Part shown: positions 1 through 10,051 of the stretch, in pieces
Layout: each line of letters opens with the position of its first letter
Numbering within the stretch: position 1 is the stretch's first letter
DNA from: Nitrospirota bacterium
Lineage (GTDB): Bacteria; Nitrospirota; UBA9217
Assembly: GCA_963663225.1 (NCBI GenBank)
Contig: OY760142.1
Span: 128,001-192,000, forward strand
DNA length: 64,000 bases
Reading direction: 5' to 3'
Translations under genes and position numbers: made by a program
Notes under the pieces: model-generated
What the model was told of the DNA's origin: nothing
Databases searched by the model: none
What the model saw: only the letters and a program-made list of their open reading frames with translations

Positions 1-1724
1 TTCAGCAGTTTTTCTTCTTCAGGATTGCTGATGAAACCGACCTCGGCAAGAATGCTCGGCATTTTTGTGTTTACCAGCACGTAAAAAAAAGCCCGTTTAA
101 CGCCCAGATTTACGTGTTTCGGCTGTCCAGGTTTTGCGTTTTCCACAAGCGACGTCTGGACAGCATAGGCAAGTTGATTTGATTCTTCATCTTTCGCCGC
201 ATCCGTCAGATCCTTCAAGATCATCTCAAGTTCAGACTTCAGTTCGCTCAGCTTTTTCGTCGTCATGGCGTTTTCCCTCGCTGCCGTTGCCATGGCGTCT
301 GCGTCTGATGCGTTCAATCCCTGGATATAGGTCTCGATTCCCCGGGCTTTGCGTTTTTTATTGGCATTCACATGAATCGAAACAAAGAGGTCGGCCCCCT
401 TTGTTCTTGCTATCGCGGGCCTCTGTTCCAAAGGAATAAACACGTCCTTATTGCGGGTCATGACCACATTACAGCCCAACCGGTCTTTAACGAGAGCCGC
501 AAGCCTTTTGGCAATATCAAGGGTGACATTTTTTTCCCTCAGCCCGTTTTTCCCGATGGCTCCCGGATCATGCCCGCCATGCCCGGCGTCTATTGCGATC
601 GTTTTTACCTTCAGGCCCATCTGGTTCGATAAGGAAAGTTTGTTTCCATCGCCTGTCTTCGGCTCGGGCGCTTTGGCCGCCGGCTGCTTTCGGTGGTGTT
701 TTTCCGGCTTCGGCGGAGCCTGGGTCCCGGTCTGGGCGCTTTCCGGTTTCTGCGGCGCGTCTGTTTCAGTGTTTTCCGCCTGCGCGAACGATTTTTTTTC
801 GCTTTCTCCGGTCACGTCGATGACAAGCCGTTCCGGTTCGTGCAGGGGAAATGCGACATAGCTCTGGATGTTTGCGAGATCAAGAACAATGCGGACGACA
901 TCAGGAGCGTACTGGCTGGCGCGAACCTGCTGAAGAATGCCGTCGTTTACCGGCAAAGGGTCCTTGTTGACGGAAGGGTCCAGCTGCGTATTCAGAAGAT
1001 CAAAAACCAGACGGTCCGGTTTTCTCAGTTCGGTCGCTTTAAATTTTATCGGTTTGTCCTGGTCGATGACGATGCGGGTATACGCACCACCGGACCAGTA
1101 GCGGATATTCTTTACAATCCCTTCCGGTTTCCCTTTGTCAGTTGAAGCGATCACCGGCGCAGCAGGCGGTTTTTTTATTGAGGGTTCCTGCTTCTTCGGC
1201 TTGGTGATAACCGGGCCGAGTCTCGATCCGGCCTTCTTGGTCCATGCATTGTTCGGGTATGTCTCTGCCAGCTTTGAGTAAACTATTGACGCCCCCGTCC
1301 GGTCTTTTTTGTGGTCCAGCAATATTTCAATTTCGCGGTACAACGCCTCGGGTGCTCTGGCATGTTTTGCATAAGCCGCCTGGCATTTGCCGAATACTTG
1401 AAGAGAATCATTCAAATCTTTTGAAGATTTATTGTGACGGTACAGTTCAAGATAGATGCCCGCACGGTCAAAACAGGCGTCAGCAGCGCTTGGACTTTTC
1501 GGGTATTGCTTTTCCACAAGCTCAAACGTCCGGATGCAGTCGATCCAGTAGGAACGGTATTTTTTCTTTTTAGGTGATTTCTTGAGTTCAGCGAGACGTT
1601 GGGAGGCGACAGTATACTTATGCCCGGCTTCACTATTGTAAGACGGGTATGCGGAAGCAGCAGCAAAAAACAGGATGGCGCAAGCCGTGAAGGCCGCGAT
1701 ACAGTGACGGCCGCGTATCAGCAT
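1..1724 (-). CDS. N-acetylmuramoyl-L-alanine amidase (Amidase_3 with AMIN-like domain), 3' end runs off the window
   Basis: Manual translation: MLIRGRHCIAAFTACAILFFAAASA signal peptide, IAIDAGHGGHDPGAIG zinc-binding motif, PSILAEVGFISNPEEE motif. Absent from the ORF track because the stop lies outside the window. Confidence 0.9.
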   Translation of the reverse strand, partial: MLIRGRHCIAAFTACAILFFAAASAYPSYNSEAGHKYTVASQRLAELKKSPKKKKYRSYWIDCIRTFELVEKQYPKSPSAADACFDRAGIYLELYRHNKSSKDLNDSLQVFGKCQAAYAKHARAPEALYREIEILLDHKKDRTGASIVYSKLAETYPNNAWTKKAGSRLGPVITKPKKQEPSIKKPPAAPVIASTDKGKPEGIVKNIRYWSGGAYTRIVIDQDKPIKFKATELRKPDRLVFDLLNTQLDPSVNKDPLPVNDGILQQVRASQYAPDVVRIVLDLANIQSYVAFPLHEPERLVIDVTGESEKKSFAQAENTETDAPQKPESAQTGTQAPPKPEKHHRKQPAAKAPEPKTGDGNKLSLSNQMGLKVKTIAIDAGHGGHDPGAIGKNGLREKNVTLDIAKRLAALVKDRLGCNVVMTRNKDVFIPLEQRPAIARTKGADLFVSIHVNANKKRKARGIETYIQGLNASDADAMATAARENAMTTKKLSELKSELEMILKDLTDAAKDEESNQLAYAVQTSLVENAKPGQPKHVNLGVKRAFFYVLVNTKMPSILAEVGFISNPEEEKLL

Positions 1725-1768
1725 AATAATCTTTTCATTTTTTAACCGAATTACGGGGAGATGTCAAC

Positions 1769-1800
1769 AAAAAAAGCCCCGGATGCACCGGGGCTTTTTT
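1769..1800. terminator. Intrinsic (bidirectional-type) terminator after rplT
   Basis: AAAAAAAGCCCCGG-ATGCA-CCGGGGCTTTTTT perfect hairpin flanked by A and T tracts. Confidence 0.85.
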
Positions 1801-1831
1801 GTTTTTGCTGGAAAAGCGCAAACCAAAACCG

Positions 1832-2185
1832 CTACGAGGCTGTTTTGGCCGTCTCTGCAAGCTTTGTAAAACCTGCAGGATCGGATACGGCAAGCTCTGC
1901 AAGTATCTTCCGGTCAATTGCCACGCCATTTTTGGCAAGGCCAGCGATAAGTCTGCTGTAGGTCAGACCGTTCAATCGTGCAGCTGCGTTGATACGGGCA
2001 ATCCAAAGTCTGCGGAAATCCCGCTTCCGGGCCTTGCGGTCCCGGTATGCATACTTGAGGGCCCGATCCACCGCTTCGGTAGCGGAACGGAATAGTTTTG
2101 ATTTTGCACCCCAGTAACCTTCAGCCAGGTTAAGCACACGTTTTCTTCTGGCCCGCGTCTTGGGGCCGCCTTTAGCTCTCGGCAT
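1832..2185 (-). CDS. rplT: 50S ribosomal protein L20
   Basis: MPRAKGG...[23 protein letters not shown]; position after rpmI. Confidence 0.98.
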   Translation of the reverse strand: MPRAKGGPKTRARRKRVLNLAEGYWGAKSKLFRSATEAVDRALKYAYRDRKARKRDFRRLWIARINAAARLNGLTYSRLIAGLAKNGVAIDRKILAELAVSDPAGFTKLAETAKTAS

Positions 2186-2278
2186 GTTAGAACCTCCTTA
2201 AATCATCAAGCGTGATCCACGATACAAATCTTTCTCTGTGAGGCAGCGTTGTACAAAGTGATCGTGTTCTTCAAACTA

Positions 2279-2488
2279 CTATTTGCTTCCGTACGGCAAC
2301 ATTTGTTGAATGTTCTTAGTATTATCTTTATCTACTGCAAAAGAACCCGACAAACGCCGCTTGCGGGTGGCATTTTTGCCTGACAGCAGATGCCTTTTCC
2401 ATCCCTTGCGCCTCATGATTTTTCCACTGCCGGTCACTTTCAACCGTTTGGCGGCGCTCCGATTGGTTTTTAATTTCATTTTTGCCAT
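2279..2488 (-). CDS. rpmI: 50S ribosomal protein L35
   Basis: KLKTNRSAAKRLKVTGSGKI; lies between infC and rplT. Confidence 0.97.
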   Translation of the reverse strand: MAKMKLKTNRSAAKRLKVTGSGKIMRRKGWKRHLLSGKNATRKRRLSGSFAVDKDNTKNIQQMLPYGSK

Positions 2489-2542
2489 TTCTTTTCCCCT
2501 TCCGGTAATTTCAACTTCATATATGTCAGCAGCAGTACAAGT

Positions 2543-3112
2543 TCATCCCGCTGGAGTAGTCTTGGTTTTTTCTTCCTGCTGTTTTTTGGTCGCTATGTCC
2601 TTTGTTTTAGCTCCCAGCAGCAGCATCATGTTCCGGCCTTCCATACGCGGCGACTGCTCCACAACGGCTTCATTTTGAAGATCGGTTACAATCCGGTCAA
2701 GCACTGCTTTGCCCATTTCAATATGAGCCATTTCTCTTCCCCGGAACATCACACTCACCTTCACCTTGTATCCGTCGGCAAGGAAGCGCTTAATATTGTT
2801 CGTTTTAAACTGTACGTCGTGTTCATCAGTTCTCGGCCTGAGTTTGATTTCCTTGACCACAATGACCGTCTGATGTTTTCGTGCCTCGTTTGCCTTCTTG
2901 GCAAGCTCGTACTTGTATTTTCCAAAATCCATGATGCGGCACACCGGAGGTTTTGCCGTAGGCGCCACTTCTACAAGGTCGAGTCCGCTTTCTTCCGCCC
3001 TTCTGATCGCCTCACGGGTGTCCAGAATCCCCAGTTGTTCGCCATCTGCAGAAATGACCCGGACTTCTCTTACCTTGATGCCGTAATTGACTCTTGTCGT
3101 AATTTTACTGAT
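2543..3112 (-). CDS. infC: Translation initiation factor IF-3, non-AUG (ATC) start
   Basis: PPVCRIMDFGKYKYE and KEIKLRP motifs. The frame stays open upstream (RVNYGIKVREVRVI) to ATC at 3112, which follows SD GGGGGTGA; in-frame ATT at 3103 is an alternative. Confidence 0.95.
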   Translation of the reverse strand: MSKITTRVNYGIKVREVRVISADGEQLGILDTREAIRRAEESGLDLVEVAPTAKPPVCRIMDFGKYKYELAKKANEARKHQTVIVVKEIKLRPRTDEHDVQFKTNNIKRFLADGYKVKVSVMFRGREMAHIEMGKAVLDRIVTDLQNEAVVEQSPRMEGRNMMLLLGAKTKDIATKKQQEEKTKTTPAG

Positions 3113-3126
3113 AAACGATCACCCCC

Positions 3127-5058
3127 TTAACTATGAAGAGTACATTTTTTTTCATGAATGGCGTTCAGCACATTCTGAGTAAATTCTTCCAGCCGCATGA
3201 CGCCCAAATCTTTTCCGCCCCGGACGCGCACCGCAACAGCATTCTGCTGCACTTCCTTGTCACCGACCACGAGAATATAGGGTGTTTTTTCCAGTTCGGC
3301 CTCCCTGATTTTAAACCCTACCTTCTCTGAGCGGGCGTCAAGCTCTGCTCTGATACCCGCTGCTCGCAGCTTGTCCCTCACCCCTTTTGCATATTCAAGC
3401 TGCTTGTCGGTAATTGACAGCACCTTTGCCTGCACCGGGGCGAGCCAGACCGGGAATGCGCCTGCGTAGTGTTCAATCAGCATGCCGAAAAAACGCTCCA
3501 TAGATCCCAGCAGCGCACGGTGAACCACATACGGTCGATGGGCCTGGTTGTCAATGCCGACATACGTCATATCAAAGCGATCGGGCAGGTTGAAATCAAA
3601 CTGAACCGTCGAACACTGCCACAGTCTGCCCAAAGCATCCTTGATTTTGATGTCGATTTTGGGGCCATAGAAAGCACCGCCGCCTTCGTCCATCTCATAC
3701 GCAAGGTCCACTTTGTCTGCCGCGATTTTAAGCGCTTGTGTTGCCTGCTCCCATCGGGCATTGTCGCCGACAGCGTCTTCCGGCCTTGTCGCGATATACG
3801 CCTTAAACTCCTGGAACCCGAAGGTTCTGAGCATCGTGACCACAAAATCGATAACCCGGATAATTTCCTGCTCCATATCTTCCGGAGCCACAAAGATATG
3901 GGCATCGTCCTGGGTAAACCCCCGTACGCGCAAAAGTCCATGCAATACGCCGGAGCGCTCAAAACGATAGACTGTTCCTAATTCCGCAAACCGGAGCGGC
4001 AAATCACGGTATGACCGAAGTTTGTTCTTGTAGATCATGATATGGAAGGGGCAGTTCATGGGTTTTACGTAATACTCCTGCCCTTCCACATCCATGGAAG
4101 AATACATGTTCTCCCGATAAAAACTCAGATGGCCGGACGTTTCCCACAGATTGGCGCGGCCCACGTGAGGTGAATACACAAAATCGTAGCCGTTCTTCTG
4201 GTGTTCGTCGCGCCAGAAGTCCTCGATGGTTTTGCGGATCAATGCACCCCGCGGATGCCATAGGGCAAGGCCGCCGCCTACTTCTTCCGACAAGGAAAAA
4301 AGATCCAGCTCCTTGCCGAGTTTCCGGTGATCGCGCCGTTTAATCTCTTCGAGGCGGACAAGATACTCGTCCAGTGCTTCTTTCGTCGGGAACGAGATGC
4401 CGTAAATCCGCTGCAGCATCTTGTTTTTTTCATCCCCGCGCCAATACGCACCCGCCACCGACACAAGTTTGAACGATTTTATCTTTGCAGTGGAGGCAAC
4501 ATGCGGCCCCCGGCAGAGATCCGTAAAATCCTCTTGTTCGTAGATTGAAATTACATCATCAGGGAGCTCTTGAATGAGCTCAACTTTATACGGCTCTGCT
4601 GATTTTTGAAAGAGCGCGATTGCTTCCGCCTTGGATATTGTCTTTCTTCTTATCGGTACGGACGCTTTTGACAATTCCGCCATTTTTGCTTCTATGCGCG
4701 TGAGGTCTTCCGGTGTAAACGGACGCTCAAAGTCAAAATCGTAATAAAATCCTTCGTCAATAGCCGGACCGATTGCTAGTTTTGCCTGGGGGAAAATCCG
4801 TTTGACCGCGTGCGCCATCAAATGCGAAGTACTGTGCCAATATACTTCACGCCCTTCCGGGGCACCAAAAGTCACGATCTCAATTGCAGCATTGTGCTCA
4901 AGAGAGACGTTGAGATCCTGAAGTCTGCCGTCAACTTTTATGGCAAGCGCGTCTTTAGCGAGGCGAGAGCCGATTTTCTCGGCGACTTCCTGACCGGTGA
5001 TGCCAGCGGCATACTTCTTTTCCGAACCGTCAAGCAGCCTGAGTTGTATTTCACTCAT
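3127..5058 (-). CDS. thrS: Threonine--tRNA ligase
   Basis: TGS domain, DLCRGPH, KPMNCP, GLLRVRGFTQDDAH, AFYGPKID. Confidence 0.99.
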   Translation of the reverse strand: MSEIQLRLLDGSEKKYAAGITGQEVAEKIGSRLAKDALAIKVDGRLQDLNVSLEHNAAIEIVTFGAPEGREVYWHSTSHLMAHAVKRIFPQAKLAIGPAIDEGFYYDFDFERPFTPEDLTRIEAKMAELSKASVPIRRKTISKAEAIALFQKSAEPYKVELIQELPDDVISIYEQEDFTDLCRGPHVASTAKIKSFKLVSVAGAYWRGDEKNKMLQRIYGISFPTKEALDEYLVRLEEIKRRDHRKLGKELDLFSLSEEVGGGLALWHPRGALIRKTIEDFWRDEHQKNGYDFVYSPHVGRANLWETSGHLSFYRENMYSSMDVEGQEYYVKPMNCPFHIMIYKNKLRSYRDLPLRFAELGTVYRFERSGVLHGLLRVRGFTQDDAHIFVAPEDMEQEIIRVIDFVVTMLRTFGFQEFKAYIATRPEDAVGDNARWEQATQALKIAADKVDLAYEMDEGGGAFYGPKIDIKIKDALGRLWQCSTVQFDFNLPDRFDMTYVGIDNQAHRPYVVHRALLGSMERFFGMLIEHYAGAFPVWLAPVQAKVLSITDKQLEYAKGVRDKLRAAGIRAELDARSEKVGFKIREAELEKTPYILVVGDKEVQQNAVAVRVRGGKDLGVMRLEEFTQNVLNAIHEKKCTLHS

Positions 5059-5100
5059 AATAGATAACAGATAGATGGATGACTTTACGTAAGTAAGTCA

Positions 5101-5175
5101 TGGTAGGCCCGGGCGGTTTCGAACCGCCGACCTCTACCGTGTCAAGGTAGCGCTCTCCCCCTGAGCTACGAGCCT
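5101..5175 (-). tRNA. tRNA-Val(GAC)
   Basis: Reverse complement AGGCTCGTAGCTCAGGGGGAGAGCGCTACCTTGACACGGTAGAGGTCGGCGGTTCGAAACCGCCCGGGCCTACCA folds as a cloverleaf with anticodon GAC and encoded CCA. Confidence 0.97.
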
Positions 5176-5200
5176 GTGCTTTCTATTTATGTAAAAGCGG

Positions 5201-5229
5201 ATTTTATTAAATTTCATATAGTTTGTCAA
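5201..5229 (-). promoter_or_regulatory. Sigma70 promoter for the tRNA-Val/thrS operon
   Basis: TTGACA-N17-TAAAAT on the minus strand just upstream of the tRNA. Confidence 0.7.
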
Positions 5230-5441
5230 GCGTAAAAAAACCCTGCTAAAAAATAATTCGATGTATTCTATTGTTTTTTAGTTTTATCTTCTGATATAAT
5301 AGTATTACTTGTACATAATTCTTTCACCGCCCAGCTCACATCACAGTCTCTATTGCGTTTCGTCCATGAAACAGGTTATATTTTTTAAACAGACCATTCT
5401 CATCCGGCTATACTATATTTTGAGGCACTACCTTATCCTGC

Positions 5442-5852
5442 ATGGTCCTGAATGTGAATAAGAAACACTCTGCATACAAGGAAGTCCAGCGCTACACTCT
5501 GGCCAATCCAAGAAGTTGTTCTCTTGGAGTCATTACGCATAAAAACCTTGAGTGGATCGAATACAGCGTCAGGATCGTGGACATGAGCATTCTTGGAATC
5601 GGGGTGGAATCGAACCAGCAGATCCCCTCAGGCCTCGTATGGTTCAAAAAACGCGTCGGGGGCCACAAATGCGGAGCCCTCCGCTGGAGCACTCAACGGG
5701 ACTTTCATTTTCGGGCAGGCATAGAGTTTATGGATTTGTCGCGCGATATGGAAGAATATCTGCAGCAACAGATAAAGCAGTCACAACCCCATCAACCTAT
5801 TACCGACCCGGAACAACTTATCACAACACTGCTGGATGCCGTCAACAAATGA
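5442..5852 (+). CDS. PilZ-like domain protein (degenerate)
   Basis: IVDMSILGIGV (DxSxxG), LRWS and RAGIEF resemble the PilZ barrel; RxxxR motif absent. Confidence 0.6.
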   Translation: MVLNVNKKHSAYKEVQRYTLANPRSCSLGVITHKNLEWIEYSVRIVDMSILGIGVESNQQIPSGLVWFKKRVGGHKCGALRWSTQRDFHFRAGIEFMDLSRDMEEYLQQQIKQSQPHQPITDPEQLITTLLDAVNK

Positions 5853-5870
5853 GCCTGTTATACTGCATGT

Positions 5871-8546
5871 TTAAATTCCACTCGATTTTTTTTTCAGCTC
5901 GTGCAATTTATTTAGGGCATCAAGCGGCGTCATCGCATTCAGATCCAGATCGGAAATTTCTTTAAAGAGCAAACCGGCTTCGCTTGCAAACAGACCGAGC
6001 TGGGGCTCTGATGTTCGCTCTTCTTTCTTGCTTGGATTGCCGTTCAGGCTGTCGCTCAGAGCGGCACTTTTTTTCCCGCGTTCCCGCTGCGACACGGTCA
6101 CCGGCTCGCCCAATTCATTAAATTCCGCCTGTTCGAGATTCGCAAGCACTTCTTTTGCCCGCTGAATCACGGCATGGGGCAGGCCGGCGAGACGCGCCAC
6201 CTGGATGCCGTAGGATTTGTCGGCTCCTCCCTCCACAACACGGCGGAGAAAAACGATCTGATCGTTCCATTCCTTTATCGCAACGGTATAGTTTTTCACA
6301 CGATCCATGGTGAGGGCAAGCTCCGTCAGTTCGTGGTAGTGCGTGGCAAACATTGTTCGGGCCCTGAGTTTTGTATGGATAAATTCCGCGACAGCCCACG
6401 CAATGCTGATCCCGTCAAACGTGCTCGTGCCCCTGCCGATTTCATCCAGAATGATAAGGCTGCGGTCCGTGGCATTATTCAAAATATTTGCCGTTTCATT
6501 CATCTCCACCATAAACGTGCTCTGGCCTCGCGAGAGAAAATCAGACGCTCCCACGCGGGTAAAGATTCTATCGACAAGACCGATCTGCGCTTCCCGTGCG
6601 GGGACAAAGCCGCCCATCTGCGCCATCAGCGTAATCAGCGCCACCTGGCGCATGTACGTGGACTTTCCAGCCATGTTCGGACCCGTTAAAATCATCAACT
6701 GATTCTCTTCGCAGTCAAGAAGCGTGTCGTTCGGTATAAATCGCTCCTCAAGGGAGAAGCGCTCTATCACCGGGTGACGGCCCTCGACAATCCGGAGAAT
6801 GTCGTTGTCCAGTATCGCAGGACGCACATAGTTGTTTTTTGCCGCCGACTCGGCCAATGAAATCAGACAGTCGATGTCGGCCAGTTTTCTGGCACTATCC
6901 TGGATCCGCACGGTTTCGGCTGATACGGCCTCACGAACCTCTAAAAACAGGCGGTATTCCAGTTCCAGAATCTTCTCTTCAGCGCCGAGCACCTTGTCTT
7001 CGTATTCTTTGAGTTCCGGAGTAATGAACCGCTCGGCATTTGCGAGCGTCTGCTTTCTGATAAAATCCTGGGGAACGTTCGCGAGATTTGCTTTTGTAAC
7101 CTCAAGGTAATAGCCGAACACCCTGTTATAGCTGACTTTGAGCGAGTTGATCCCGGTTCGCTCCCGCTCCCGGCGTTCAATGCCCGCAATCCACCCCTTG
7201 CCTTCCGAACTGATGGAACGGAGTTCATCCAGATCCCGATTGAACCCTTTTTTTATCAATTTCCCTTCGCGCAACGTATGGGGAGGGTCGTCGAAAACAG
7301 CGTTCTCTATGCATTGGAAGACGTCCTGCAAGTCGTCCCACTTCGAGAGGACGGAGAAAACAAACCGCGATGCACAGGGTGAAAGCAGCTCGCGGATTTT
7401 TGGCAGCATGACAAGCGACTGCTTCAACGCAAGCAGATCGCGTGCGTTTGCAACACCGAGTGAAACACGGCTGATAAGCCGCTCGAGATCATAAATAGAC
7501 CGGAATGCAGCCCGGAGGTCGGTGCGGAGCTGGTAGCTTTCTTTAAATTCATCTACTGCATCATGCCGAAGTTCGATCTCGCGTGCATCCATAAGCGGAT
7601 TCAAAAGCCATTCACGCAGCTTCCTGCCGCCCATGGGAGTGATCGTATCATCAAGCACCTCAAGAAGAGTCCCTTTTGCGGAGCCGTCGTAACTGTTTTT
7701 AACAAGTTCCAGAGTGCGCTGGCACGTTGAATCGAGTATCATATATGCCCGGGCAAGAAACGGCTTTATCTGGCGGATATTGGCAAGACTGGTCTTTTGC
7801 GTTTCCTCAATATACCGGAGCGCTGCGCCCGCCGCTGAAAGGCCGGCCTTCATCCCGCCGCATCCAAAACCGTCAAGGGACGCTGTTTTAAAGTGATCCA
7901 GCAGCGTGCGGAGGGCAGTTATCCTGTCGAACGTCCAATCGTCATACGTATTGACTGCCTGGGTGTATTGTCTCAGCAAGCCCGAAAGCCGCGCATCGAT
8001 AGCACTGCCTTTTGGCAGCACGATTTCCCGGGGAGTAAAACGCGAGAGCAGAGTATCAAGCTCGGCGAAATTATCCGCTCCATCCACCTCGGCCATAAAA
8101 AAATCCCCGGTTGTTATATCAAGAAAAGCCAGGCCAAAACCGTCCTTGGATACACAGAGGCTGGCCAGATAGTTATGATCCTTATCGTCGAGCAGATTAG
8201 CGTCCAGAACAGTGCCCGGTGTCACCACCCTGATCACTTCCCGTTTTACAATACCTTTTGCAAGCTTCGGGTCTTCCACCTGCTCGCAGATGGCGACCTT
8301 GAATCCCCGCCTGATCAGCTTTGCGATATAGCCTTCAGCCGCATGGTAAGGAAAACCGCACAACGGCGTCTCGATGCCTTTTGACTTATTCCGCGCCGTC
8401 AGCGTAATTTCAAGTATTTTTGATGCCGTCAGCGCGTCCTGGTCGAACATCTCGTAGAAATCGCCCATCCGGAACAGCAGAATTGCGTCTACATGCTGCC
8501 GTTTAATCTCGTAGTATTGCTTCATGAGGGGGGTCGAGTCGGTCAT
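5871..8546 (-). CDS. mutS: DNA mismatch repair protein MutS
   Basis: TPLMKQY, FRMGDFYE, TGPNMAGKST, STFMVEM, DEIGRGTST. Confidence 0.99.
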   Translation of the reverse strand: MTDSTPLMKQYYEIKRQHVDAILLFRMGDFYEMFDQDALTASKILEITLTARNKSKGIETPLCGFPYHAAEGYIAKLIRRGFKVAICEQVEDPKLAKGIVKREVIRVVTPGTVLDANLLDDKDHNYLASLCVSKDGFGLAFLDITTGDFFMAEVDGADNFAELDTLLSRFTPREIVLPKGSAIDARLSGLLRQYTQAVNTYDDWTFDRITALRTLLDHFKTASLDGFGCGGMKAGLSAAGAALRYIEETQKTSLANIRQIKPFLARAYMILDSTCQRTLELVKNSYDGSAKGTLLEVLDDTITPMGGRKLREWLLNPLMDAREIELRHDAVDEFKESYQLRTDLRAAFRSIYDLERLISRVSLGVANARDLLALKQSLVMLPKIRELLSPCASRFVFSVLSKWDDLQDVFQCIENAVFDDPPHTLREGKLIKKGFNRDLDELRSISSEGKGWIAGIERRERERTGINSLKVSYNRVFGYYLEVTKANLANVPQDFIRKQTLANAERFITPELKEYEDKVLGAEEKILELEYRLFLEVREAVSAETVRIQDSARKLADIDCLISLAESAAKNNYVRPAILDNDILRIVEGRHPVIERFSLEERFIPNDTLLDCEENQLMILTGPNMAGKSTYMRQVALITLMAQMGGFVPAREAQIGLVDRIFTRVGASDFLSRGQSTFMVEMNETANILNNATDRSLIILDEIGRGTSTFDGISIAWAVAEFIHTKLRARTMFATHYHELTELALTMDRVKNYTVAIKEWNDQIVFLRRVVEGGADKSYGIQVARLAGLPHAVIQRAKEVLANLEQAEFNELGEPVTVSQRERGKKSAALSDSLNGNPSKKEERTSEPQLGLFASEAGLLFKEISDLDLNAMTPLDALNKLHELKKKSSGI

Positions 8547-8692
8547 AAGGAATGTACGTCACTCCGGACGAAGCACCTGTGGTTCCGGATTCAGTGAAAA
8601 AACAGTCGCGTAAACATTGCACGAGTCGTTAACAGCATATGTCGCGCTTCTGCTGCCTGATTCTTCCACGAGGTGCTATCCGTTCATGTGCT

Positions 8693-9178
8693 CTATTTTT
8701 CAAAATACGGCTTCAGCCGTTTATACGTGTCTTCAAGAAGTTCAGGCATTACGCGCGCGCCGTCAAAGACCGTTATGAAATTCGTGTCTCCGTTCCAGCG
8801 CGGAACAATCTGAATATGGAGATGTTCCGGCAATCCGGCGCCGGCAGCCTTCCCGATGTTGATGCCCACGTTGAAACCGCCGGGATGCATATCCTGTTTC
8901 AAAATATGCACCGCTTTTTGCGTCATGGCCATCAATTCGCATAAACCGTCCGGGGTCAGCTGTTCAGGATCCGCAACATGCATATTGGGAACCACCATGA
9001 GATGTCCGCTGTTGTACGGATACCGGTTCATGATAACATAGCAATGCTCGGCCCGATGCAGTATGAATGCTTTTTTGTCGTCTTTCAGTGCGAATGCTTC
9101 ACACAGAAAACAGCCGGATTGATTCTGCGCATTGCTCACAATATAATCCATTCTCCACGGCGCCCAGAGCCGGTCCAT
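8693..9178 (-). CDS. HIT family hydrolase (FHIT-like)
   Basis: LWAPWRMDYI, NRYPYNSGHLMVVP, HLHIQIVPRW. Confidence 0.92.
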   Translation of the reverse strand: MDRLWAPWRMDYIVSNAQNQSGCFLCEAFALKDDKKAFILHRAEHCYVIMNRYPYNSGHLMVVPNMHVADPEQLTPDGLCELMAMTQKAVHILKQDMHPGGFNVGINIGKAAGAGLPEHLHIQIVPRWNGDTNFITVFDGARVMPELLEDTYKRLKPYFEK

Positions 9179-9241
9179 AGGTTCGATGAGCCTTGAGCCG
9201 AACGCGGAATCCGGAGGCTTCCGGTTTCCTGCTTCCGCTCC

Positions 9242-10033
9242 CTATCCTTTCTCCAACTTTTTCACTTCAGCCATTACCAGCTGTATATCTTTCCATACCA
9301 GAGCTTTGTCCTTCGGATTCCTGAGCAGATACGCAGGATGAAACGTCGGCATAAGCGGGATACCCTGGCAGGTTTGCCAGGCTCCCCGAAGTGCGGTAAT
9401 TCCCCGGCTTGTTTTCAATAATGTCTTCGCAGCGATATTTCCGAGTGCTACGATGACCTTCGGTTTAATCTCCTGAAGCTGTCTGAGCAGAAACGGCTCG
9501 CACGATTCGATTTCATCCGGTTCGGGATTTCGGTTGTCCGGCGGGCGGCACTTGACGATATTGCAGATATAGACATCCTCGCGTTTGAGCTTCATGCCTT
9601 TCACGATGATGTCCGTCAGGAGCTGACCTGCCGCTCCGACAAATGGTCTGCCTTGCTGGTCCTCTTCGAAGCCGGGCCCTTCGCCGACGAACACCAGCGC
9701 GGCCCTTGGGTTCCCTTCTCCGAAAACAATGTTTGTTCTCCCTGTATGCAACTTGCACCTGGTGCAACCGGCCAGTTCCTCCCGGAGGCTGTCGAGGCCT
9801 GTTTTGTTCTGCCCTGCAGGAATCTGTCCTGCATGATCAGAGAAGGGCACCGGTGTCGACGCTGCCGACGTCATGCTGCGTTCCGGATTTACGCGTACCG
9901 GTACATCGGTACGTACCGGTATTGAACCGACACCAAGCATCTGCTGATATTCGAGATGCATCCGCACTTGGGTGAGAATATCCGCAAATGCGGCCTGCAA
10001 TTCATCTGTTTTTTGAAGGGAAGTTTCGGCCAT
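9242..10033 (-). CDS. Uracil-DNA glycosylase family 4 (Fe-S)
   Basis: CTRCKL, VGEGPG, NIVKCRPPDNR, TFHPAYLLR. Confidence 0.95.
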   Translation of the reverse strand: MAETSLQKTDELQAAFADILTQVRMHLEYQQMLGVGSIPVRTDVPVRVNPERSMTSAASTPVPFSDHAGQIPAGQNKTGLDSLREELAGCTRCKLHTGRTNIVFGEGNPRAALVFVGEGPGFEEDQQGRPFVGAAGQLLTDIIVKGMKLKREDVYICNIVKCRPPDNRNPEPDEIESCEPFLLRQLQEIKPKVIVALGNIAAKTLLKTSRGITALRGAWQTCQGIPLMPTFHPAYLLRNPKDKALVWKDIQLVMAEVKKLEKG

Positions 10034-10051
10034 ACGCTCGTCGGAATAATT

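Noticed and set aside
5101-5175. tRNA-Val as an integration site
   Set aside because: Its 3' end abuts thrS; I saw no duplicated 3' end and no integrase.
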